Part shown: positions 1 through 11,822 of the stretch, in pieces
Layout of the letters: each line of letters starts with the position of its first letter
Position numbering within the stretch: position 1 is the first letter of the stretch
Source: Macrostomum lignano
Lineage: Eukaryota
NCBI GenBank assembly: GCA_002269645.1
Contig: NIVC01004402.1
Location: 1-47,034, forward strand
Direction: 5' to 3'
Length of the DNA: 47,034 nucleotides
Notes under the pieces: generated by a model
Told to the model about the DNA's origin: nothing
The model's input: only the letters and a program-made list of their open reading frames with translations
The model's database searches: none
Position numbers and translations under genes: made by a program

Positions 1-291
1 ACGCTATAAAAATAAACTGCCTAGCCCGATCGTTCTACAGCTTTCTACACACAGACACAGCAACACAGGGATGCAGTGCGACATCTATAGTCAAAAAGGT
101 TCAGTAGATAAACCGTCAATACATGTACAGCAAATTTGACATAAATAGTGTGTTAAAAAGCATTTTAATCACTCTTTAGCATATAATTGCATCCAAGTGT
201 TAAGAAACCTGCCAGATGCCAAGCTTTGATTAGTACAGGCGTACGGATTCGAGAACGAAGCCGCAATGGCTAGATCGACTTGAGCGTTGAA

Positions 292-343
292 CCAATGAGA
301 GCAGGGAGCGGAGCAGGCAGGTTTACAAGATCGGCTATTTAAG
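292..343 (+). promoter_or_regulatory. Putative CCAAT box (292-296) and TATA-like TATTTAAG (336-343) of the lectin gene
   Basis: Motifs have canonical order and spacing upstream of ATG 511. A possible 68-nt 5'UTR intron lies at 410-477 (GTAACG...CTAAT...CCGCAG). Confidence 0.35.
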
Positions 344-510
344 TTGCGCCGACGCTGGCTGAATGCGCTTTAACTCGTTGAGGTCGCCAGAGTTGCGCCT
401 TGAGCATTGGTAACGTTTGCCGGAGAGTAAAGGGAAAATTATCCTTAGAAACTATTTTCTAATTCGGAAAACCGCAGAAGAGCATCCGATCTAGAATTTG
501 CGAAAAATCA

Positions 511-1223
511 ATGATGCAGCCATTGCTGCTGCTGCTGCTGCTGCAGTCGCAGGCCCTGCCGTGTCCCGCACCGTTCACCATGCAGGCCGGTCTGTGCCTG
601 TTCGTGAGCACAGCTCACAGCCACAGCTGGTGCTCAGCCAATCGGCAGTGCGCATCGATCGGAGGCGAGCTCGTCAACTCGCACAGCTCCATCAAGAAGT
701 TTCGCATGGGGAAAATCCCCAGTGCCATCTGCAGCTGCGACCTGTGGGTCGGACTGAGCGACCTGGCCGATGAGAGAAACCAGAACAGAGCCGGCTGGCG
801 GAGGGTCAACGGAAACGGCATCTTCCCGGAGGACGGCAGCCTGTTTCACACTGGTGAGCCGAATGGTGGAGTTACCGACAACTGCCTCCGACTGCGCGCA
901 GGCAAGACCCTGGCTGACTTCAACTGCAAATTGAGCTTCGGATTTGCCTGTGAGTTCGCGGACGATACCCGACCGCCGACTGCCGGCGTCTGGACGGCCG
1001 CTGCCTTCAAGCGCCAGAGCTTCAACTCCGAGTACTGCTTCACTGATGTGCGAATGTGAGCAGCGATTTTGAGTGCGTTGCAGCCGCTATGATTGACGCC
1101 AGCTGCAGACACGTGCTGTACAACAGCAAGCTGAGAGCCTGCCGCCTGCTGCTGTTCACCGACGCTCAGGTGGAGGCGGAGATCGAGACGAGCGCCGACT
1201 GGGTCAAGTTCCGGCTTGAGTGA
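511..1223 (+). CDS. Secreted C-type lectin with C-terminal PAN/apple-like domain (1-bp frameshift at ~1053-1056)
   Basis: Signal peptide MMQPLLLLLLLQSQA. CTLD with C..F...GLC, W..A...C...GGEL, LWVGLSD, GEPNGG (EPN) and NCL...DFNC...FACE. After R-M-stop (1057-1059) the -1 frame 1056-1223 reads VSSDFECVAAAMIDASCRHVLYNSKLRACRLLLFTDA...KFRLE*. Confidence 0.8.
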
Positions 1224-1947
1224 AGACAGAAGCCCAGGACCTTGAATTACCGACCCGAAGCCAAAGCCACTTGAGCAATGAGAGTTTCTCTCACCAACTG
1301 AAAAAATCGAATTCAAAATACAGTTGGGTCAAAGCATAGCAAAAGAAATCGGATGGCGCTTCTTCTTTTCTCAGTTATAAAACGGATTCTAGAATTGAAA
1401 AAGGACATTGCAAGCACAGTCACGTTAAAGCAGTGAATCAGTGTATTTCTGATGGTTTTCAAAGGTCATTGTCGGTACAATAGTTCCGAGTTGTAGGCAC
1501 AGGAAATCCGCAACATAAACTGAGATGCTCTCAACACTCTAGCTGCACAGTCACAAGCCTCGTTATAAAGTTTTCGAGTTGAGTGATAATGCCAAAATCA
1601 ATTAGTCATGCCTGTAATTAATTAAAGTGCGCTACTGCTCAATTAAAGCATAAAAATTGACAAAGCGGCGAAATTAGCAGCTGATTAAAATGAAAAGGAG
1701 TTAAAAACGCATTAAGTAAGGCAGTAAGTTAAATAAAATCATTGAAGCGGCGAATTAAAAATCTACTTTAACTTACCAAAACAATAGACATACTACTGCT
1801 GCATGTTAGTAATAAATATATAGAGTAACAATATATCAGATTAGACAGTGATTACACGGCTGCAGAATCATGCAACAAGAAGCGTAAATACTTGGATATT
1901 TTTATTGTGCTCTGACAGTCATTGGTTAGAGAATAATTGCACGCCAT

Positions 1948-2640
1948 GGAGAAGGGGGAAGAAGGGGAGGTAGGGGGAGAGGGAAGAGGAGAAGCGAGGA
2001 AAGAAGGAAGGGAGAGAAGGCGAGGGGCAGAGTGGAGGGCGCCTCTAATTTCAAGCGCTGACAAGGTGAAAGGATTAATAGAAGATTATTTAGTTTAAGT
2101 TGCTAATATTTCGAGTTAAGTTACCCTTCACCAGGGCAGTAGGAGGAGGGAAGGTGAGAGAGGAAGAGGAGAGAGGGAGAGATGGAGAGGGAGAGAGAGG
2201 GAGGGAAAGAGGGAGAGAGAGGGAGGGAAAGAGGGAGAGAGAGGGAGAGGGAGAGAGGGAGAGAGGGAGAGATAAAGGGGGGAAAGGGAGAAGGAGAGAG
2301 GGAGAGGGAGAAAGAGAGAGGGAGAGGGAGAGGTAGAGAGAGGGAGGGAAAGGGAGAGGGAGATAGGGAGAGAAAGAGAGAAAGAGGGAGGGAGAGGGAG
2401 AGGGAGAGGGAAAGGGAGAGGGAGAGAGGTAGAGGGAGAAAGAGGGAGGGAGAGGGAGAGGGAGAGGGAGAGGGAAGGGAGGGAGAGGGAAGGGAGGGAG
2501 AGGGAAGGGAGGGAGAGGGAAGGGAGGGAGAGGGAAGGGAGGGAGAGGGAGAGGGAGGGAGAGGAAAGGGAGGGAGAGGGAGAGGGAGGGAGAGGGAAGG
2601 GAGGGAGAGGGAGGGAAAGGGAGGGCAGGGAAGGAACGGA
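1948..2640 (+). repeat. Polypurine (GA/GGA-rich) low-complexity tract
   Basis: Almost pure G/A sequence. The ER-rich and PLSL-rich ORFs here are artefacts. Confidence 0.95.
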
Positions 2641-2818
2641 GAAAGGATGCGACAAGGTGGTCAAAAAACTGACTCAACATATTATTAATGAGAAATCTAT
2701 TGACGTATCAAGTTATAAAAGTAAGGTAAATTTTCTAATGAAAATTCCATAAATCTGAGCAAGCAGTTCATACTACTATTAGTAACGGTACTGATTGAGT
2801 CAAGTTCAACAACAAGCA

Positions 2819-5800
2819 TCACACCATCATATGCGACGGACACTTGATTTCGGACAGTTCATGCGCCGTATACCTGGGCGATCTCATGTGACAGAACTCC
2901 AATAGATTATTAACGATGCCGCGATCGAACGGATTGCGGAAATTGCCATTTGAATCTTTCAAGTAGGTGTAGCGCTTCTTGTTCATGCTCTCGTTTGTGG
3001 TCATGTTGATTGCGGCGTGGTACCACTGAAGATTATTAGGCAGGAAAATAATTAAATCTAGCATTGTCCTACTTTAGCTACTTATATCTAGATACTAAGT
3101 AGTACAAATTTGCTTCAAGATTTAAGAAAAGTGCAAAAAGGTGCAGTGAATTTGTGCGTTTCTGCCAAGAATCGTAATACTGTGCTTAAATTATCTCTAT
3201 GAAAAAACTCACATGGAAGTGAAAAAACAGGCAAATAGAATCACATTGAACAAGTATTAAAAAGGTAATTTGTACACTGCGGTTAGGAAGGCGACTGGCT
3301 GGGGCCAGTGTGTACACTGAGGTTAGGGAGGGGTTATGGGCTGGGGCCAGTGTGTACACTGGGGTTAGGGAGGGGTTATGGGCTGGGGCCAGTGTGTACA
3401 CTGAGGTTAGGGAGGGGTTATGGGCTGGGGCCAGTGTGTACACTGGGGTGAGGGAGGGGTTATGGCTGGGGCCAGTGTGTACACTGGGGTTAGGGAGGGG
3501 TTATGGGCTGGGGCCAGTGTGTACACTGGGGTTAGGGAGGGGTTATGGCTGGGGCCAGTGTGTACACTGGGGTTAGGGAGGGGTTATGGGCTGGGGCCAG
3601 TGTGTACACTGGGGTTAGGGAGGGGTTATGGCTGGGGCCAGTGTGTACACTGGGGTTAGGGAGGGGTTATGGGCTGGGGCCAGTGTGTACACTGGGGTTA
3701 GGGAGGGGACTGGCTGGGGCCAGTGTGTACACTGGGGTTAGGGAGGGGTTATGGGCTGGGGCCAGTGTGTACACTGGGGTTAGGGAGGGGTTATGGCTGG
3801 GGCCAGTGTGTACACTGGGGTTAGGGAGGGGTTATGGGCTGGGGCCAGTGTGTACACTGGGGTTAGGGAGGGGTTATGGGCTGGGGCCAGTGTGTACACT
3901 GGGGTTAGGAAGGGGTTATGGCTGGGGCCAGTGTGTACACTGGGGTTAGGGAGGGGACTGGCTGGGGCCAGTGTGTACACTGGGGTTAGGGAGGGGACTG
4001 GCTGGGGCCAGTGTGTACACTGGGGTTAGGGAGGGGACTGGCTGGGGCCAGTGTGTACACTGGGGTTAGGGAGGGGTTATGGGCTGGGGCCAGTGTGTAC
4101 ACTGGGGTTAGGGAGGGGTTATGGGCTGGGGCCAGTGTGTACACTGAGGTTAGGGAGGGGTTATGGGCTGGGGCCAGTGTGTACACTGGGGTGAGGGAGG
4201 GGTTATGGCTGGGGCCAGTGTGTACACTGGGGTTAGGGAGGGGTTATGGGCTGGGGCCAGTGTGTACACTGGGGTTAGGGAGGGGTTATGGCTGGGGCCA
4301 GTGTGTACACTGGGGTTAGGGAGGGGTTATGGGCTGGGGCCAGTGTGTACACTGGGGTTAGGGAGGGGTTATGGGCTGGGGCCAGTGTGTACACTGGGGT
4401 TAGGGAGGGGTTATGGGCTGGGGCCAGTGTGTACACTGGGGTTAGGGAGGGGACTGGCTGGGGCCAGTGTGTACACTGGGGTTAGGGAGGGGTTATGGGC
4501 TGGGGCCAGTGTGTACACTGGGGTTAGGGAGGGGTTATGGCTGGGGCCAGTGTGTACACTGGGGTTAGGGAGGGGTTATGGGCTGGGGCCAGTGTGTACA
4601 CTGGGGTTAGGGAGGGGTTATGGGCTGGGGCCAGTGTGTACACTGGGGTTAGGGAGGGGTTATGGGCTGGGGCCAGTGTGTACACTGGGGTTAGGGAGGG
4701 GACTGGCTGGGGCCAGTGTGTACACTGGGGTTAGGGAGGGGACTGGCTGGGGCCAGTGTGTACACTGGGGTTAGGGAGGGGTTATGGGCTGGGGCCAGTG
4801 TGTACACTGGGGTTAGGGAGGGGACTGGCTGGGGCCAGTGTGTACACTGGGGTTAGGGAGGGGTTATGGGCTGGGGCCAGTGTGTACACTGGGGTTAGGG
4901 AGGGGACTGGCTGGGGCCAGTGTGTACACTGGGGTTAGGGAGGGGACTGGCTGGGGCCAGTGTGTACACTGGGGTCAGGAAGGTGACTGGCTGGGGTTTT
5001 TATACTTGGATTATGGGGCTGTATAGAGGGCAGAAGAAACACGTAATAGAAGCAAGAAATCAATAATGCAAAAGAAGACGCAAGTCAAGGCGAGTACACG
5101 AATCTCTTACGCCAAAGGGATTCAATACTAATAGCAGCGCACCAAAGGCCATCTGGAGCACTACGCCAATTAAATAGTGATAGCGCGCTGGGGAGCCTTC
5201 GACGCGCCACACAACATAAGTAATAAGCAGCGACAGAACTCCGGCCGCTGTTAGAAATGTTGTGAACAACAGAAAGCTGTGTCTGCGAGGCCAGCGTACC
5301 GGGTTGGTGGGGAGGCAGCAATGTAGGGGATAGATGAATATGAAAACACTGCTACTTTGGCGTTGTGTAACATAAATTAATACTTTGCCGATAACATAAC
5401 AAAGCATATTGAGACGCAGTAATGGGCAATTGAGAGGGCAGAGCGATGAAGGGTAGTATTGATGAAGGGAAGTATAGATGAAGGGAAGTATAGATGAAGG
5501 GAAGTGGGGGATGAAGGGAAAGAGGGATGAAGGGAAGCGGGGGATGAAGGGAAGTGGGGGATGAAGGGAAGTGGAGATGAAGGGAAGGAGGGATGAAGGG
5601 AAGTAGGAGTGAAGGGATTATTTAAAGTGAAAGAGAGTTAGAAGTGAAGGATGTAACAGAAAAGGGAAATTCAGAACTTAAACAGCAATACGTACGAATA
5701 CCAGATTAATTAAAAAAAGTCAATTTAAGCTAAAAAATAGACATTTACAGAAAAACATTTGGCGTATCAACAAATGCAGTACAAAAAAGAAAAGCAAAAC

Positions 5801-8800
5801 GTGCCAAAAATAGTTGTTATGTCAAATATGCCAAATGAGTATTTTCTAAACTCAAAATGCAGGTATGCGTACCCACTACCCCAATTAGTTAGAGGGGGGG
5901 GGTAAAAGTGCAGAATTTTTATCGAAATCTGGCAGAAACGCGCACAAATTAACGGCACTGCTTGAAACTTGAAGCAAGATTTTCAGCTGAATATTGCTAA
6001 AGCTGCAAATATTCCTTAATCCTAATTGAGACTTCTACCTAATCAGTGGCTCTCGCTGAGCTCCCTTTGTCTCTTCAATGCTCCCTACTTCTCCCCTTCT
6101 CTCCTCGTCTCTCCCTTCTTCTCCCCTTCTCTCCCTGTCTCTTCCTTTTTCTCCCTGTCTCTCCCTTCTTCTCCCTGTCTCTCCCCTCCTCTCCCTTTAT
6201 CTCCACTTCTCTCCCTTCTTCTCCCCTTCTCTCCCTTCTTCTCCCTTTCTATCCCTTCTTCTCCTCTTCTATCCCTTCTTCTCCCCTTCTCTCCCTTCTT
6301 CTCCCCTTCTATCCCTTCTTCCCCTTTCCCTCCCTTCTCCCTGTCTCTCCATTCCCTGTTTAGCTCCCTATCCACAGCCCACTCCTAACTGCAGCCCTCT
6401 CTCCCCCCTGAACAGGGCAGCCAGGCGGTCTCACCACACAGGAGGACACAACGGAGCCAACAGTCAGACCGAACGTGGCAATGACGGTGCCAAGCAGGAC
6501 AATCCAGTCCATGCCGCCAAGCCAGAGAGTGGCTGCGGCCAGCACCATGGTCATGCCGCCCAGCGTCATCAGCGTGACAGATAATACGGCGAATGCAAAT
6601 CTTTGAACAGAATAAGATTTATTAACGGCAATGTGTTTCAGCTAGCGGCTTGCAGAGATTAAAAAAATTACGAGCATAGTTAAAAGAAAAAAGGATGAAA
6701 AGTTTTCCAAAAAAACCTAGCGTAACACAACTTGCATAACACTATCTGATCATAACACACCTTGCATAACACTATCTGATCATAACACACCTTGCATAAC
6801 ACTATCTGATCATAACACACCTTGCATAACACTAACTGATGATAACACACCTTGCATAACACTATCTGATCATAACTCCCTTGCATAACACTATCTGATC
6901 ATAACACACCTTGCATAACACTATCTGATCATAACACACCTTGCATAACACTATCTGATCATAACACTTTGCATAACACTAACTGATCATAACACCCTTG
7001 CATAACACTAACTGATAATAACACCCTTGCATAACACTATCTGATCATAACACTAACTGATCATAACATCTAGGAATAACACTAACTGAGCATTTAACAT
7101 CTTACATAACACTACCTGATCATAACATCTTACATAACACTATCTGATCATAACATCTTGCATAACTCTATATCATCATAACACCCCGCATAACAATATT
7201 TGATCATAACACCTTGGAATGACACTAACTAATCATAACACCCCGCACTGCAGCATACCTATTATTCTTGCCAATGCAGTTGTAGATGTACGGGCAGTGA
7301 TGGTCCATCTCTAACACGCAGCGATCGCACACTCGGCAGTGCTTAGCTCGAACAGGTTTCACGCAGCGGCAGGTGTGGCACAGCCTCTCTAACGGGTTGC
7401 CCATCCGGCCCAAGCCGATATCGGCAGAGTTCACCCCGGCCTGCTGGATAGCCCTATCGTATTCTGGGACATTCCTCGGCAAGAATCCCGGATCTGAGGT
7501 GTTGGCGTGATAGAAAGCGAACCACATCAACGCGTTGAGCAATAGGAAAGCCCAGTGCAGCCAGGGGAACAGGTGAAAGGTGAGCGGCACGGCTTTGATC
7601 ACGTAGGTCGGATAGCCCCAAACCAGTATGCAGAACAGCAGGAACAGCATGGGAGCTTTGCTGTTGCCGGGCGGCCCGAATATCAGGTGACTCCAGCGGA
7701 AACGGGCGCCGAGCATGGAGGCTCGGGATCGAATCTCCGCCTTGAGGAAGCGCTCAACCTGATCGTGCCTGCGGCCGGCTGCCAGCATCAGCGGCGTCTT
7801 GCCGTTCTTGTCCGCCACGTTCAGCTCAACCTGCGGGGCAGCATGGGGACGGGCTGGGGATTGAGTCACCCTCCACCTCAGGTGTCAACACCCATCAACC
7901 TCAGGTGTCAACACCCATCCACCTCAGGTGTCAACACCCATCCACCTCAGGTGTCAACACCCATCCACCTCAGGTGTCAACACCCATCCACCTCAGGTAT
8001 CAACACCCATCCACCTCAGATGTCAACACCCATCCACCTCAGGTGTCAACACCCATCCACCTCAGGTGTCAACACCCTCCACCTCAGGTGTCAACACCCA
8101 TCCACCTCAGGTGTCAACACCCATCCACCTCAGGTGTCAACACCCATCCACCTCAGGTGTCAACACCCATCCACCTCAGGTGTCAACACCCATCCACCTC
8201 AGGTGTCAACACCCTCCACCTCAGGTGTCAACACCCATCCACCTCAGGTGTCAACACCCATCCACCTCAGGTGTCAACACCCATCCACCTCAGGAGTCAC
8301 ACCCAATCCACCTCAGGAGTCACACCCAATCCACCTCAGGAGTCACACCCAATCCACCTCAGGAGTCACACCCAATCCACCTCAGGTGTCAACACCCTCC
8401 ACCTCAGATGTCAACACCCATCCACCTCAGGTGTCAACACCCATCGACCTCAGGTGTCACACCCTATCCACCTCAGGAGTCACACCCAATCCACCTCAGG
8501 AGTCACACCTAATCCACCTCAGGAGTCACACCCAATCCACCTCAGGAGTCACACCCAATCCACCTCAGGAGTCACACCCAATCCACCTCAGGAGTCACAC
8601 CCAATCCACCTCAGGAGTCACACCCAATCCACCTCAGGAGTCACACCCAATCCACCTCAGGAGTCACACCCAATCCACCTCAGGAGTCACACCCAATCCA
8701 CCTCAGGAGTCACACCCAATCCACCTCAGGAGTCACACCCAATCCACCTCAGGAGTCACACCCAATCCACCTCAGGAGTCACACCCAATCCACCTCAGGA

Positions 8801-9830
8801 GTCACACCCAATCCACCTCAGGAGTCACACCTAATCCACCTCAGAAGTCACACCCAATCCACCTCAGGAGTCACACACCCTCTACCTCAGGAGTCACACC
8901 CAATCCACCTCAGGAGTCATGAAAGTGAAATTCGCAGTGAGTGTTGGTTGAAAGCATGCGGGAGGATCGACAGTCCATGCTGACCTTGTCCACCCGGCAC
9001 AGGTCCCTGACAGCGTTAATGTTTCCAGCAATGCTGGCCAAGTGCAGCGGCGTCTGGCCGAAGGCGTCCCTCTGGTGCGGGTTGAAGCCGGAGTACACCA
9101 GCAGGCGCATGAGGTCCGGCTGGCCTTTGAACGCGGCCCAGTGCAACGGCGTGTCGCCTTCGTTGTCGCCGGCGCTGGTTCGATTCGCCCCCCTGCTGAG
9201 CAGGTAGCCGGCTGTCACAGTCTGGCCGTATTGGCAGGCGATGATCAGCGGCGTGGCGCCTTTGGCATCGCGAACGTCGATATCAACCGAGCAGCGGTCG
9301 AGCAGGAATTCAACAACTGGCACGTGACCGTTCACGCAGGCCCAGTGAATCGGGTACTGCGCCAGTTCGTGACTGCTAGCACGATGGCAAAGGTTAATGA
9401 CGCCTTTGCTATTGGAGCTGACCTCCGCTAGGTAGGCGACAACATCCAGGTGACCGTGTAGGCAGGCCCAGTGAGCCACCGTGTGGCCGGACGAGTCCCT
9501 GACTGCCAGACCTTCGATGCCGTCAACTGCAGCCGAGCGCAGGAACTGCATGTCGTCATTTCTCGCCGCGTCGAATATTGTCTTTGGCGGCGGCGGCGGC
9601 GGCAGCGGCAGCAGGGGCTGCTGACTGTGGGAGTTGCCGGCTGTGGAAGGGCAGGCTCCATTGGGGCCGTGGCTGTGCCCGTGCTGGCTGGCCGCCTGGT
9701 CAACCTGACTATCGGCAACTCCAGGCGGATGAAAGAATTTCTCCTGCCTCCAATTCCGATCCCGAAGGCCCATCTCGTTGGCTGCAGTTTTGTACACTTC
9801 GTAGAATGAGTCCATGATGGCGCCGGCCAT
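2819..9830 (-). CDS. Ankyrin-repeat DHHC palmitoyltransferase (ZDHHC17/ZDHHC13/HIP14 family, Patsas-like); ~596-598 aa
   Basis: Exons 9830-8985, 7830-7259, [6600-6435 or 5282-5111] and 3025-2819. All junctions are GT-AG and phase-compatible. About 7 ankyrin repeats (e.g. GDTPLHWAAFKGQ, GQTPLHLASIAGN), DPG motif, Cys-rich domain with DHHCPYIYNCIG, TTNE (TTxE) motif and NPFDRG. An in-frame upstream ATG at 9881 is also possible. Confidence 0.92.
3292..4975 (+). repeat. 40/41-bp G-rich minisatellite (~41 copies), one TTAGGG per unit
   Basis: Unit GGCTGGGGCCAGTGTGTACACTGGGGTTAGGGAGGGGTTAT(G). Lies in the last ZDHHC intron. Confidence 0.97.
5111..5282 (-). CDS. ZDHHC alternative exon 3B (TM3-TM4 variant B)
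   Basis: CCTCGCAG acceptor and GTAAGA donor. 172 nt, phase 2 to phase 0. Encodes (R)HSFLLFTTFLTAAGVLSLLITYVVWRVEGSPARYHYLIGVVLQMAFGALLLVLNPFG. Confidence 0.8.
5459..5612 (+). repeat. Short purine-rich tandem repeat (GATGAAGGGAAGT core)
   Basis: About 8 imperfect copies. Confidence 0.85.
6081..6355 (+). repeat. Polypyrimidine (CT) low-complexity tract
   Basis: CTCCCTTCTT-type repeats between exons 3A and 3B. Confidence 0.9.
6435..6600 (-). CDS. ZDHHC alternative exon 3A (TM3-TM4 variant A)
   Basis: TTCAAAG acceptor and GTGAGA donor. 166 nt, phase 2 to phase 0. Encodes (R)FAFAVLSVTLMTLGGMTMVLAAATLWLGGMDWIVLLGTVIATFGLTVGSVVSSCV. Confidence 0.75.
6722..7245 (+). repeat. ~30-bp minisatellite
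   Basis: Unit CATAACACACCTTGCATAACACTATCTGAT, degenerating rightwards. Confidence 0.95.
7866..8918 (+). repeat. 23-bp minisatellite, family CCACCTCAGG(T/A)GTC(A)ACACCCA(A)T
   Basis: Fills ZDHHC intron 1. Two unit variants are arranged in blocks. Confidence 0.97.
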
Positions 9831-9989
9831 GACTGATGAGCGAGTGGGTGCTGATGCTGCCCTTGCTGCAGCTGCGGGCATCGGGAATGAACTGTGCTAT
9901 GTACGTTCAGGAATCTAGTGAGATCCTGCACTAGTATGAATATGCGTGAACCCTATTTTGTAGCTTGGTCTCAAGCATAAATTCAAGAG

Positions 9990-11225
9990 CTTGGATCCCA
10001 TTCTCCCATCCACTCTATAATCCCATTCTCCTATCCACTTTGATCCCATTCTGCAATATACTTTGTGATCCCATTCTCCCATCTAATTTGTGATCCCGTT
10101 CTCCCACTGATCCCATTCCCCCATCCACTTTGTGATCCCATTATCCCATCTAATTTGTGATCCCATTCTCCTATCTAATTTGTGATCCCATTCTCCCATC
10201 TAATTTGTGATCCCATTTCCCCATCTAATTTGTGATCCCATTGTCCCACCCACTCTATAATCTCATTCTCCCATCCACTTTGTGATCCCATTCTCCCATC
10301 TAATTTGTGATCCCGTTCTCCCACTGATCCCATTCCCCCATCCACTTTGTGATCCCATTATCCCATCTAATTTGTGATCCCATTCTCCCATCTAATTTGT
10401 GATCCCATTCTCCCATCTAATTTGTGATCCCATTTCCCCATCTAATTTGTGATCCCATTGTCCCACCCACTCTATAATCTCATTCTCCCATCCACTTTGT
10501 GATCCCATTCTCCCATCTAATTTGTGATCCCGTTCTCCCACTGATCCCATTCCCCCATCCACTTTGTGATCCCATTCTCCTATCTAATTTGTGATCCCAT
10601 TGTCCCATCCACTCTATAATCCCATTCCCCCATCCACTTTGTGATCCCATTCTCCCATCTAATTTGTGATCCCATTCTCCCATCTAATTTGTGATCCCAT
10701 TCTCCCATCTAATTTGTGATCCCATTCTCCCATCTAATTTGTGATCCCTTTCTCCCATCTAATTTGTGATCCCGTTCTTCCATCTAATTTGTGATCCCAT
10801 TCTCCTATCTACTTTGTGATCCCATTCTCCCATCCACTCTATAATCCCATTCTCCTATCCACTTTGATCCCATTCTGCAATCTACTTTGTGATCCCACTC
10901 TCCCATCTACTCTATAATCCCATTCTCCCATCTACTTTGTGATCCCATTCTCCCATCCACTCTATAATCCCATTCTCCCATCTACTTTGTGATCCCATTC
11001 TCCCATCCACTCTATAATCCCATTCTCCCATCTACTTTGTGATCCCATTCTCCCATCCACTCTATAATCCCATTCTCCCATCTACTTTGTGATCCCATTC
11101 TCCCATCCACTCTATAATCCCATTCTCCCATCTACTTTGTGATCCCATTCTCCCATCCACTCTATAATCCCATTCTCCCATCTACTTTGAGATCTAATTC
11201 TAACATCTACTTTGTGATCCCATTC
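9990..11225 (+). repeat. ~25-bp minisatellite with higher-order units (TTTGTGATCCCATTCTCCCATCTAA)
   Basis: Tandem array between the ZDHHC start and the 3' end of the L1-like gene. Confidence 0.95.
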
Positions 11226-11822
11226 TGTATTTAAACATAGCTATAACATCCTCTTATACTACTTACACTACAAATTAGCAGTAGTATAAATATAGACAAG
11301 CAATGAAGCAGACGATATTTACAGAAAAAACATTAAATAAATTTGTGTATTTGACTTAAAAAAAGCATAATTCAAAACACAATACGGAGTTTAACTTGCA
11401 GACACAAATTCATTTAAATCGCATAGTTCAATAAAAATAGCAACTCACTAATGCACTCACAAGTGACTAGAAAAAGGAACTGCTGATTGCATGTTTCGGA
11501 ATGAATTCAAAGGCTGGATTAGGAATATAGATATGGTAGATAGAAAAACTATAAAACAGCAGTAGGGAGACAATCGAAAACTACTCATAACCAGTAGTTA
11601 AGTAAGTAAAAAGCGAGATTTTCTTTTTTTTCAAAAACTTTTTGATATGATAAAAGGTATTTACCATGCTATAGACAGCCGTATTTACAGATACTTGGAT
11701 GGATTGTCTTGTTGATTAAGGGCTAAAATAAAATAAAATAAAATAAAACTGTGCTTTATAAAGTTGATTGTCAAAAATGTATAATTTAACTAAAATATGC
11801 AAATAAGACTACTAGCGTTAAT

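Noticed and set aside
2090-2688. Long ER/GE-rich and PLSL-rich ORFs (also at 6026-6584 and 45103-46329)
   Set aside because: Translations of GA/CT low-complexity tracts that are open in several frames on both strands.
3292-4975. True telomere or interstitial telomeric array
   Set aside because: TTAGGG occurs once per 40-bp unit, never as (TTAGGG)n.
3186-5026. Many repetitive ORFs (GASVYTGVREG...) and possible CRISPR-like periodicity
   Set aside because: Head-to-tail minisatellite with no unique spacers, in a eukaryotic intron, with no cas genes.
7555-8922. 455-aa + strand ORF and other repeat ORFs in the intronic arrays (13.3, 16.5, 17.4, 19.8-21.7, 22.4-23.3, 24.2 and 25.9-27.0 kb)
   Set aside because: Stop-free minisatellite units antisense to or inside introns of well-supported genes, with no domain signal.
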